Of a stretch of 28,442 nucleotides of DNA, positions 9,986-20,160 are shown piece by piece; the stretch's first letter is position 1; every line of letters begins with the position of its first letter. The DNA is from Octopus sinensis (taxonomy: Eukaryota). Location of the stretch: positions 1 through 28,442 of the forward strand of contig NW_021833566.1 in NCBI RefSeq assembly GCF_006345805.1, read 5' to 3'. The notes below the pieces were generated by a model that saw nothing but the letters and a program-made list of their open reading frames with translations, was not told where the DNA came from and did not search any database. A program made the translations under genes and the position numbers.

Positions 9986-11012
9986 TAATGTTTAAGATTT
10001 AAAAATGAAACTCTGACGTATATTTTCTTCCGGAGGATCCAAAAATCCTTAACCCAGAATGTGAAACGCTTGAAGGTTCGGATTAAACTCCTATTGATAC
10101 GACAATACGATCCACAGAACCGGTCTGAAATGCTTTCTGCCCACTCGTTCAGTGCTTGGAAATGTCTATCATGTGGTTTATGTCAACCAGCAGATGTCAC
10201 GTGTTAGGCAGATTTAGCTGCCAGCCGAGTTTAGAGAGACGAGATTTATGGCTTTGCTTCGATTTCTTTCTAAATTTATTTATTTGCTTTCCAAATTTAT
10301 TTGCTTTTTTCTATCTTTTTAATTAATTTCATTTTCACTTTTTAATGTGTTAATGCATTACAAAATAGTTAATTTTTTCCGGAACGAAAAAAGGGAGAAA
10401 AACGGAAACGTTGAGAATGGAATTAGTGTTGTTACCATGACGACTGTTTAAGGCATTATACATTGAAGTGTTGGATAAGTTCTTAAAAGAGAAAAACTTA
10501 TAAGAAAGACCGGTGATTGGTGATGGGTTTATGGCGAGCAGGAATTTGTCTCTGAAAGATCTCCTCCGGAATCGAGCAGGCGCGCGCGCACGCACACAGA
10601 CACTCAGGGGCATGCGCACAGACTTTACACACACACACACTTACGCACAGGTATACACATACACTGAAGGAGAAAGAGAGCAGGGACGGCGAGAGAGGAG
10701 GAGGAGACTGCAAGAGAAGGAGAGAGAGAGAGGTCAGTGACCGAGAGAGAAAAAGAAGAGGAAGAACACAGAGAGAGGGGAACAGAGAGAGGATTAGAAA
10801 AGGTGAGAGGAGGGGCAGCAAGAGAGAAGGAGGGATAGTGAGAGAAGGGGAGAGAAATCAGACTGAAAGAGAAAAAGGAGAAGGGGTTGAGGAAGAGGAG
10901 GGATATAGAGAGAAAGAGGTAGAGAAGAACAGAGAGAGGGGATGAGAAAAGGCGAGAGAGGAGGGACAGAGAGAGGTAAGTAAAGAAAGAAAGAAAGAAA
11001 GGAAGGAAGGAA

Positions 11013-11160
11013 TTCTGAGTTCAAATTCCGCCATGGTCGACTTTGCCTTTCATTCTTTCGGGGTCTATAAAATAAGGACCAATGAGCACTAGGGTCCATT
11101 TAATCGACTTTTTCCTGTCCCCTAAATTACTGAGCTCGTACCAAATTCTGAAATCAATAT
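11013..11160 (+). mobile_element. 5'-truncated SINE family A
   Basis: TTCTGAGTTCAAATTCCGCC..GTCGACTTTGCCTTTCATTCTTTCGGGGTC core. Confidence 0.85.
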
Positions 11161-11171
11161 TAAAATAGTCA

Positions 11172-11755
11172 GTGGCGAGAATACAGAATCGTTAGCGCGT
11201 CGAACAAAATGCTTAGCGGTATTTCTTCCGGCGAGCTGGCAGAGTGGTTAGCACGCCGGGCGAAATGCTTAGCGGTATTTCGTCTGCGTTACGTTGTGAG
11301 TTCAAATTCCGCCGAGGTCGACTTTGCCTTTCATCCTTTCGGGGTCGATAAATTAAGTACCAGTTACGCACTGGGGTCGATGTAATCGACTTAATACCTA
11401 TGTCTGTCCTTGTTTGTCCCCTCTGTGTTTAGCCCTTTGTGGGTAATAAAGAAATAGGTATTTCTTCCGGCGATTTTGCCTTTCATCCTTTCGGGGTCGA
11501 TTAAATGAGTACCAGTTACGCACTGGGGTCGATATAATCGACTTAATCCGTTTGTCTGTCCTTGTTTGTCCTCTCTGTGTTTAGCCCCTTGTGGGTAGTA
11601 AAGAAATAGGTATTTCTTCCGGCTTTAGGCTCCGAATCCAATTCCCTCCGAGGCGGACTTTTAAGGATTCAATAAAATAGGTTCCTACGGAGCACTAGGG
11701 TCCACATGATCGATTAGTCCCTTCTCCCAGAATTTCCAATATTTAGAAACAATTG
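11172..11755 (+). mobile_element. Old SINE A containing two younger A2 copies (11233-11456 near full length; 11472-11608 truncated)
   Basis: GGTATTTCTTCCGGC occurs three times (11218-11232, 11457-11471, 11609-11623). The inner copy has a canonical A-box TGGCAGAGTGG and B-box GAGTTCAAATTCC. Confidence 0.9.
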
Positions 11756-11935
11756 ACGGTGTATTGAAACAGATGTTTTACAAACGTGCTGCAGAAACTG
11801 TAAGTTTCGAAGTAGTTTTCTCGTCGGGTCATCATTTGTCCTTTGGAGACCTCAACGGTTGGCGAGGAAAGTCACAACATCCTCTAACCACATCTTATCA
11901 TACTCCGGTGCATTTTCCATCCACGCTGCGTGACA

Positions 11936-11984
11936 TAGTAGTAATAGTAGCAGTAACAGTAATAGCAGCGATGGTGGTGGTGTG

Positions 11985-12045
<61 letters not shown>

Positions 12046-12087
12046 CAGTGGTGGTGGTGGTGGTAGTTGTAGTAGTAGCAGCAGCAG
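11936..12087. repeat. (GTA)n/(GTG)n/(GCA)n trinucleotide microsatellite
   Basis: Direct reading. Confidence 0.95.
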
Positions 12088-12199
12088 TCCCTGCTACGGT
12101 AAGCACCAGGCCTGAAATTTTGGGATTTGTGAAGAAGAGGCTAGCATTTTGTCCTGCCGAATCGTTACCTTAACAACAACAACAATAATAATAATAATA

Positions 12200-12740
12200 A
12201 TCTTTACTATAGGCCCAAGGCCTGAAATTTGGTGGAGGGGGGGAGTCAGTCGATTACATCGACCTTCAGAAACACAACATAACAATAATAATAATATAAT
12301 TATAAATCCTTTCTATTATAGGGACAAGGCCTGAAATTTTAGGGGAGGGGGCTAGTCGATTACATCGACTCCAGTGCGTAACTGGTACTTAATTTATCGA
12401 CCCCGAAGGATGAAAGGCAAAGTCGACCTCGGTGGAATTTGAACTCAGAACGTAGCGGCAGACGAAATACGGTTAAGAATTTCGCCCAGCGTGCTAACGA
12501 TTCTGCCAGCTTACCGCCTTTATAATAAATATGAATAATGATTTCAAATTTTTCCACAAGGCCAGTAAATTCGGGGAAGGGATAAGTCGATTAACTGAAC
12601 CTCAGTACTCAACTGGTACTCATTTTGTCTACTCCGAAAGGATGAAAGGAAAAGTCGACCTCGGCAGTATTTGAACTCAAAGCGTAAAGACTGGCGAAAT
12701 GCCGCTAAGCATTTTGTCTGGTGGGCCAGCTCACTGCCTT
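12200..12740 (-). mobile_element. Head-to-tail SINE A cluster (fragment 12200-12265; full copies 12303-12521 and 12538-12740)
   Basis: Same head, core and tail as the other family A copies, separated by (AAT)n-like spacers. Confidence 0.9.
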
Positions 12741-12751
12741 AAGAAGAAGAA

Positions 12752-13248
12752 GAATACAAAAGAGGCCATGACAATGTGGCAAGACTGATCCATTGCGAGC
12801 TCTGTGGAAATCACAGCCTACAAAGAGCAAATACATGATATGAACAAACGCCAGAAGGAGTCACTGAGAATGAGAACTGCAAAATCCAGTGGGATGCAAT
12901 GATCCAGTGTGATCAGCCGACCAGACATCGGAAAGCGGACATTGTTGTGGTGAATGAAAAAGAAAGAACATGTATGATAATCGACATCGCATGCCCCAGT
13001 GACAACAGGATCAAAGAGAAAGAAGGAAAAAAATAAACAGCTATGACGATTTCAAGTGGGAAATACGAAGGTTGTGGTTAGTGAAGAGAGTAGATGTGAT
13101 ACCAATAGTAATTGGTGTACTTGGAAGTATCAGCACTCAACTACCAACATGGCTGAAAAAGATCAGTGCAAGGGTGAAGGTAGAACACCTACAAAAATCA
13201 GCATTGCTTGGAACTGCAAGAATTCTTCGCGGGGTTCTTGAAGCATGA
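12752..13248 (+). mobile_element. R4/Dong-clade non-LTR retrotransposon, restriction-like endonuclease C-terminus (decayed)
   Basis: EYKRGHDNVARLIHCELC...NT*YEQTPEGVTENENCKIQWD...RHRKADIVVVNEKERTCMIIDIACPSDNRIKEKE / SYDDFKWEIRRLW...VIPIVIGVLG...LQKSALLGTARILRGVLEA*. Matches RHD, WD, PD..D, IG.LG and LLGTA.ILR motifs. Stop at 12836 and frameshift at ~13030. Confidence 0.9.
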
Positions 13249-13267
13249 CCAGTAAACAAGTGTCACC

Positions 13268-13445
13268 TTGGTAGGCACCGCACACATCCTACGTAAAACA
13301 CGTTCAATACAGTGAAAATAAGTGCACCACAACAAACCATAACACATACCCAAGGCACACATAGCTGCGCTCGGTAGTGAAGTGAAAGCGCGTGATAAAA
13401 ATAAGACTACTGAATGATAATAATAAAAATAATAGTAGTAATAAT
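13268..13445 (+). mobile_element. 3' end of a second R4/Dong family with (AAT)n tail
   Basis: Encodes LVGTAHILRKTRSIQ* (stop 13313-13315), then 3' UTR ...GCTGCGCTCGGTAGTGAAGTGA...ACTACTGAAT(AAT)n. Second copy at 14923-15060. Confidence 0.8.
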
Positions 13446-13469
13446 GGTTTCAAATTTTGTAACACAAGA

Positions 13470-14880
13470 TCAGTATCCGAATCCCGATCTTTCAGGATGA
13501 AACGGATTTGTACAGACATAGGGGATTAGTGGAAACATGCAAATGCTTTTCTACGCCATTTTGTCAAACACGGTTACAGCGAATCACGAATAGAGGAAAT
13601 CGCAAATGACTTGGCTAAAATTTGCAAAGAAAGTCAAACTTCCACGCATAATTTTCGCAGCCAAAGTAAAATTTGTAATCGAATTCGTTTAGTGATTAAC
13701 CGGCACCAAAATTTCGCTGGCATTTTAAAACCAGCAGGTTTCAGAAAAAAATATCCCATTTCAAACAAATATTCCTTTATCCGTCTTTAGACGCAATAAA
13801 GAAGTGAATTATTAACCGCTATCTCTAACCTCAATAAAACTACGTTTGGAGTTTCTGAAAGCTTCACCCCGAAGCCATAAGAGAGGTAAGTCTTGTTCAT
13901 TGTGCAACAACATGAGTCAAGTTAATTCCATCACAAATTATAACAGAAATGTTATTATTTATACAGAAGGCGCAGGAGTGGCTGTGTGGTAAGTAGCTCG
14001 TTTACCAACCACATGGTTCCGGGTTCAATCCCACAGCGTGGCACCTTGGGTAAATGTCTTCTACTATAGCCTCGGCCCGACCAAAGCCTTGTGAGTGGAT
14101 TTGGTAGACGGAAACTGAAAAGAAGCCCGTCGTATATATGTATATATATGTGTGTGTGTTTGTGTGTCTGTGTTTGCCCCCTTAGCATTGCTTGACAACC
14201 GATGCTGGTGTGCTTGTGTTCCCGTTACTTAGCGGTTCGGCAAAAGAGACCGATAGAATAAGTACTGGGCTTACAAAAGAATAAGTCCCGGGGTTTAGTT
14301 GCTCGATTAAAGGCGGTGCTCCAGCATGGCCGCAGTCAAAATGACTGCAACAAGTAAAAGAGTAAGAGTAAGGTAGGATGGGTAATGATTGCCATTTGGT
14401 GGACGCCGCAGAATGCACCAAACCTAACTTGATTTATGTTGGATGTGCAACAGAACAATAAAATAAAGAAGAAGTGGGCAAAGGTATGACGTCATGCACA
14501 ACAACAGAAGCTTCGAGGATCTCGTCGAACATTTTACATCTGACAGCTGTAATTTTGAGGAGTACCTGAAAGTGCAGACTCTCAGAAAATATCCTGACTC
14601 CACTGCAATTTCATTCCTTAAAATGCATGAGGACAAATATATTTGGGAATTGCTAACATCACGCCCTGGAGGAACGAATAAAACGACAGGTGAATTTCAT
14701 CAAATTTCCTGTTTTCCTTATCCTTCTTTTTTTTCTTTCTTTCTTGTTTTAACCAGTTATGAATTTTTAATTAATGGATTCCTGCGTTCTTTTCATTTCA
14801 CATTTTGAACCCGAAGAAGACAGACACTCTGTCGAAATATTATTCAGTTCAATAAATAGTCAATCGCATCTGGCTCTTAT
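13470..14880 (+). mobile_element. Decayed Penelope-like element: RT C-terminus, CxxC linker, GIY-YIG endonuclease and 3' hammerhead-bearing terminus
   Basis: FRMKRICTDIGD*WKHANAFLRHFVKHGY; NRIRLVINRHQNF; VFRRNK; KSCSLCNNM; then, after the SINE, LVDAAECTKPNLIYVGC..; RYDVMHNN..LVEHFTS..LKVQTL..LKMHEDKYIWELLTSRPGGTN (GIY-YIG pattern). Degenerate hammerhead at 14805-14851 followed by AATAAA. Confidence 0.85.
13969..14370 (+). mobile_element. Full-length SINE family B inserted into the PLE
   Basis: GGCGCAGGAGTGGCTGTGTGG head, B-box GGTTCAATCCC, tail CAAGTAAAAGAGTAAGAGTAAG. PLE-like coding sequence continues on both sides. Confidence 0.92.
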
Positions 14881-14883
14881 TGT

Positions 14884-14922
<39 letters not shown>

Positions 14923-15060
14923 TACGCAAAACACTTTCAATACAGTAACCATCAGAGCATCACAACAAACCACAGCACATACCCAAGGCACACACAGCTG
15001 CGCTCGGTAGTGAAGTGACAGCACGCTATAAAAATAAAACTACTGAATAATAATAATAAA
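14923..15060 (+). mobile_element. 5'-truncated R4/Dong 3' end inserted in a (TAA)n microsatellite
   Basis: Highly similar to 13290-13425. (TAA)n lies on the left (14885-14921) and right. Confidence 0.85.
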
Positions 15061-15620
15061 TTCCCCGATGCAGTACCAGGCAGTGGCTCTCATGGCTTCA
15101 GTCTTAACTGATTCGAAGTGTTATCATTTACATTGTTTTGTCTTGGTATAAAAGATGGGCTACAGCAAATATTCTGCTCAATGCCATAGATTTGCTTGTC
15201 AGTTGTTTGACCTTAACCAGTTGAGCATGTCCCTTGGTGACTGAGATATGTGCATCTCTAATGACAAGCAGAAGTAGTGGGGGAGCATCATAGCCATGTG
15301 TTGAGAGAAATTCTTCAGGGTTTGGATAATCCACCTTTGGAAACATGGATGTTTTGTTCAATATCCTTAAACCTTATTCAGGGACCTTTTGAGCGGGTTG
15401 GGCTACTCGATCAGAAGAAAATTCTAACTGGGCCCCACCCATAAGGTCATGTGCTGTTTATCTTGATATGAGATCACCGTATTGCGCACATATGGTTGTG
15501 ATGCATGTGCCTCGCATACCCTTATCAGATGGGTGTGCTGGGCTTCGTATATTTTACCCCAGTGTCACTTTGACGGCATGCACTACTCTCTCACTCAATA
15601 ATAATAATAATAATAATGGT

Positions 15621-16350
15621 CTCATTTATTTGCCACCAGGGCGAAGAGTGATGGGAACAATACAAAGACAGGCATAAACTGCTGGGGTTTATATATAATG
15701 GAATGATAGAAATAAAGAAGTATACACAGTGTACATGAAAAGAAGTGAAGTATACACAGAAACCCCACCATCCATGGACAAATACCTTTTCCAGCTCCTT
15801 TCCTCCAACTCACGAGTCTACACCGAGAGTGGTACCATCCACTCTCGCCATTTTCGCAACTTTCACCCACCTGTTCATAAATTCACTCGAGAACAGCACC
15901 TCCATCTCCACTCTCACTTTCCTTTTCAAGGGAAACTTGAAAAAGTCGATGGGGGGGCCTTACCAAAGAGGAATGTCTCTGTCTTCATTCCTTTCAGCTT
16001 CGTCCACCAGACAACCTATTTCACCATAGCAACCAGGCAAAGGAAAACTGCCTTACCTGCCCGATTAAAGGAGGGAGGTAGGGCAATCATCACTAAGGAC
16101 TCGGATAACAGACAGATCTGTTTCCCATGCGACAGCAGCTGTTCGCCAGAAGTTCACAAGTCAGCAATTACTGGATGAGTGAATGCAGAACGGTTTCGTC
16201 GCTATTTGCGTCTGACAGTACATCCGTGTGTGTAGCGTTTATGTCGAAACGGTAGCGATCCCCGGTAGATATGCCAAGCCAACGACATCTGGAAATTATC
16301 CGAAAAGTCCTCCGGAAGAGACGCCTAGAGTCTCCCCAGGGCATCGTCGC
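15621..16350 (-). mobile_element. 3' portion of a Tx1/L1-clade LINE (zf-RVT/CCHC region to poly(A) signal)
   Basis: Minus-strand translation DNFQMSLAWHIYRGSLPFRHKRYTHG / SDETVLHSLIQ / PVIADL*...PPSFNRAGKAVFLCLVAMVK*VVWWTKLKG...FFKFPLKRKVRVE...RWVKVAKMARVDGTTLGVDS*. AATAAA at 15625-15630 (-). Homologous to 3050-3735. Confidence 0.8.
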
Positions 16351-16354
16351 ACTG

Positions 16355-16622
16355 ATTTGAACTCAGAACGTAGCGATGGGTGAAATACCTATTTCTTTAC
16401 TACCCACAAGGGGCTAAACACAGAGAGGACAAACAAGGACGGACAAACGGAATAAGTCGATTACATCGACCCTAGTGCGTAACTGGTACTTAATTTATCG
16501 ACCCCGAAAGGATGAAAGGCAAAGTCGACCTCGGTGGAATTTGAACTCAGAGCGTAACGGCAGACGAAATACGGCTAAGCATTTCGCCCAGCGTGCTAAC
16601 GTTTCTGCCAGCTCGCCGCCTT
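16355..16622 (-). mobile_element. Full SINE A2 (16390-16622) whose tail is fused to the GGTATTTC site of another SINE A fragment (16355-16389)
   Basis: Minus strand: GGGTAGTAAAGAAATA|GGTATTTCACCCATCGCTACGTTCTGAGTTCAAAT. Confidence 0.9.
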
Positions 16623-16641
16623 ACTCATAATAATAATAACG

Positions 16642-16680
<39 letters not shown>

Positions 16681-16683
16681 GTA

Positions 16684-16893
16684 TGGTTTCAGATTTTGGC
16701 ACAAAGCCGGTAACTTTTTAGAGAGGAGATAAGTCGATTACATTGTCCCAATAGCTCAACGGGTACTTGTTTAATCGACCCCGAAAGGAGGAAAACAAAG
16801 TCACCAGGGCGGAATTTGAACTCAAAACGTGTAGAGTCCATACGCTGCTAAGTATTATACCCACTGTGCTAACGATTCCGCCAGCTCACCGCC
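16684..16893 (-). mobile_element. Diverged SINE family A
   Basis: Head GGCGGTGAGCTGGCGGAATCGTTAGCAC and core on the minus strand. Confidence 0.85.
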
Positions 16894-17351
16894 TCTGTGT
16901 GTGTGTGTGGTGTGTGTGTGTGTGGTGTCAAGACTATATCCAATTGTGTTCGTCGAAGTTAATATATATGATCATGGAATGTATGTGTGCGTATACCGAC
17001 ATGTCCTCAGCAGGATGTGAACCCGCGAACACTGCCTTCCTACGATACAGGAGATTGCGAAAATTGCGTTGTTGATGACATTAGAAGATATCAACCCTTT
17101 CGCCACCCCTCTATTTTCTCTTGCAATGGTGTTGTTACTGTTGGCGTGGTGGTTTTGGTTACAGTTACCCCCTTGTTGTTATTGTCGTCTTCAGACAAAG
17201 TGAAGGACGGATCAAGAAGAATTAAAGAACTTAAGATTAAGCAGAACGAGAGATTTCAAGAATTCAAAATTAATGAAGACTTTTAAGATTTAGGATTAAG
17301 AAGAACTGTAATACAGAAGAATTACTAATTATGTATGAAGAACCGCAGCGT

Positions 17352-17480
17352 ATGGTGGGGATGATGATGGTGATGGTGATGATGATGATAGTGGTGGTGG
17401 TGGTGCTGGTGGTGAAGGTGGTGATGCTGAGTTAGAGGAAGTAGAGGAAGAAGAGGAGGAAATAGAGGGAAGGGTGGTAT
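17352..17480. repeat. (GAT)n/(GGT)n and GA-rich simple repeats
   Basis: Direct reading. Confidence 0.9.
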
Positions 17481-18204
17481 GGTGGCGAGGGCGGTCGTAG
17501 TGATGGAAAATATAAACGAAGAAGTAAGGGAGACGGATGAAGGAAGGAGACGCAGTAAAAGAAATGGAAGAAGCCGATTGATCACCGAGGGTTCAAATAC
17601 CATCAGCTGCAGTCTTTTGACCAAGTTCCTAATCGACACAGTTTATACCTTTAACTCTACAGTTCATACCCCCAGTTTCTCCTAGAGTTGATTATACCAA
17701 ATCAGCTGGGAATGTCCCTTTCATTCAGGCAGAGATAACCATGTTTATTTTGGTGTGTTTTTTTTTCCTTCTAGAAGCAGGCCTTATGAAACTTTGCTCG
17801 TCATAAACTCGACCTCAACGCTAAAAGACTAAGTTAACAAAGAGCGGATGTAATCAAAGTATATCATGTCCGAGAAAGTTTTTTACGAGTCCATAGGTTC
17901 ATTAGATCGAAAATTATCCCGGTGTCCATGCGAGCGTACAATGCTGCCCACCGCTTTTAAAAGGAACCCAGTCCGTCGTAGGGTTAGCCCCGAGATGTTG
18001 CTGGCTTTCATTTTCATTTGCAATGACGGGGGAATATATACCCCACAGAACCCAGTAAACCTGCACCATGAGTCAATATTACTCGAGAAAGATCCATCTA
18101 TAAAATTAGTTTATATCCATCGAATGGTTATGGAGGTCCACCACGGAAAAACAATAATCAAAGGGGTTCGTAGATAAAAGAAAAGTGATCGTGAACCACA
18201 CGTG

Positions 18205-18283
<79 letters not shown>

Positions 18284-18320
18284 ATGAAAGAATGGAGTTG
18301 AACGACTAGTTAACAAATAT

Positions 18321-18415
18321 CCTTTATTCTCGACATATGTTTCGAAGGCTGCATATTCCTAATTCCGAAGGAATAAGGAGTACATTATGCAGATTTCTCA
18401 TCAGGAAAATCAAGG
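18321..18415 (-). ncRNA. Type I hammerhead ribozyme, core apparently intact
   Basis: Minus strand CCTTGATTTTC-CUGAUGA-G AA AT CTGCATA..TCCT.ATTCC TTC GGAAT.AGGA.TATGCAG CC TTC-GAAA-C ATAT G-UC|GAGAATAAAGG. All core residues are present, stem I has 10/11 pairs, stem II is long and stem III is minimal and palindromic. GUC cleavage is predicted between 18332 and 18331. Confidence 0.8.
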
Positions 18416-19243
18416 AACTTATTTTGATAAGACATTTTGATGTCGACATACGTTCCTTGATTTTAAAATAAACATACAAATTTCCGCACGAAGACACGTA
18501 GTCTATGCCCTAGGGACGTAGCTTCAACCGTGTTCTTTCTGATGTGAATTTGCTACCCAGGTATCGGTTATCTTTCGAATTATCCTTAATAAGATAATTC
18601 ATTCAACTACTCAAATATTTATATATATATTTCTTTTATTAATATATTATACGACTAAACGCACGCACCCTCTTAAGTAAGATTGTTCTGTATATCAAGT
18701 TCGCCTTGATATTAACTCTCACGCGCACTCTGCTACTTCTTTCTTTCTTTCTTTCTATCCCATCCCCTTTTCGTCTTTTTTCCCTCACTTAACTTGTCTC
18801 TTCCTCTCTCTCTCATTCTTCATTCTCTCTCTCCCCCTCACCATTCTTCATGGTCTCCTCGCACCATTCCCCTTCTTCTCTCCCTTCCTCTTGCTCCTCC
18901 TCCCCATTCCCGTCGTCCATCTGCGACGATACTTCCGCCGTAACTGCTAACGGTCTTTCTCGCCCGCCTTTTAAGGCTACTGGACGACTTTTCCTGCTCT
19001 CTCGTCGTTCACAAAAAATTCAGCGTTTGCAATACTTTTTTCGTTCGGCGTCAACAGCCCTTCTTATCTTGTTCTCCCTGTCCTGTCTTTTACTGTTATA
19101 TATATTTTTTTACTGTTTATATATATTTTTTTTTACTGTTTATATTTTTGTACTGTCGTTACTGTCTCATTTTTTACCATTTTTTACCCCTCTGCGAAAA
19201 GATCTCAGAATTTTAATTGATTTGCTTTTCGCAGTAAGGAAAG

Positions 19244-19320
19244 TTTCTTGTTGAAGATACGTCTCGCTTTTATCCTTCGAAACGTAGAGTAGATGAAACC
19301 TTAGCGACTGAAGAAGGGGT
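19244..19320 (+). ncRNA. Degenerate hammerhead-like motif(s) in a probable PLE/retrozyme-type terminal repeat
   Basis: TTTCTTG-TTGAAGA...CCTTC-GAAA-CGTAGAG-TA-GATGAAA. A second CTGAAGA lies at 19308. Confidence 0.4.
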
Positions 19321-19526
19321 TTTTGCGTTGTGTTAACTGTCCTGTACTCCATTTTTTGTTGTTTTTAAAAAAATGTCCAGTTCCTTTGGTTTGTGTCTAT
19401 GTTTTCGTTTCTCATTGTGTTCGACGTCCCTTTGGTGTCCTGTACTCATATATGCGTGTATATGTACATGTAGAGGTAGGTACGTACATATATGTTTATA
19501 TATATGCATATGTTTTATTTCTTTTA

Positions 19527-19579
<53 letters not shown>

Positions 19580-19699
19580 TATATATATTATATATATACG
19601 TGTGTGTAATTCCAAAAAACAGAAAAAGACAAAGAAAAAACCAGCAACGTGAGGACGTAGCACATGTAAAGTATTAAGGAGACACTCAGAGAAGGGAAA

Positions 19700-19750
19700 G
19701 AGTGGTTGTTTATGTTTCGAGCAAAGCGCTTCTTCAGAAGCAGGAAACAG
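19700..19750 (-). ncRNA. Degenerate hammerhead-like motif
   Basis: Minus strand CTT-CTGAAGA-AGCGC TTT GCTC-GAAA-CA-TA-AAC. Stems II and III carry mismatches. Confidence 0.45.
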
Positions 19751-20044
19751 AGGAAAGTCCAAAGGAAAAGAAAGAGGGGGGGGGGGAATCGCCAACATTC
19801 AACGTATAGTTAGATGTATGTATGTATGTATGTATGTATGTATGTATCTATGTGTTTGTGTATGTATGTATGTATGTTAACAACAGAGGCAGAGTACATT
19901 TTGCACAAAAAGCCCACACGTGAGTTTCCCTCATGGTATCTACCGCAGTACAGACTGTTCAAACTTTGAACCCCCCCCCCCCCGTTTAAGTGTATATAAA
20001 TATTGCCTCCATGTTACAAATATCTTGTCAAACGTCATCCTTCT

Positions 20045-20160
20045 CTTTACTCTTTTACTCGCTTCTGTCCTTAGATTTCGGCCATATTGAGACACCACCT
20101 CGAATGGTTTTAGTCAATAACATCGTTCCCTGTACTTATTTTTTTAAGCCTTGTACATGT
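20045..20160 (-). mobile_element. Diverged 3' fragment of SINE family B
   Basis: CTTTACTCTTTTACT...CGGCCATATTG.GACACCACCT matches the reverse complement of the family B 3' end. Confidence 0.6.

Noticed and set aside
15729-16178. 149-aa ORF homologous to ORF 2992-3330, suggesting a novel paralogous gene pair
   Set aside because: Both are antisense shadows of the Tx1 ORF2 C-terminus on the opposite strand.
16181-16226. Hammerhead-like fold on the minus strand (..GCGACGAAACCGTTC..)
   Set aside because: The core has several deviations and the sequence is Tx1 coding DNA (SDETVLH).
17325-17639. His-rich ORF suggesting a transcription factor exon
   Set aside because: The poly-His comes from (GAT/GGT)n repeats, the rest is low complexity and no domain is present.
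17650-18200. 103-aa ORF 17866-18177 / possible transposase
   Set aside because: No recognisable motifs; its 3' end resembles a degenerate MITE terminus. Left unclassified.
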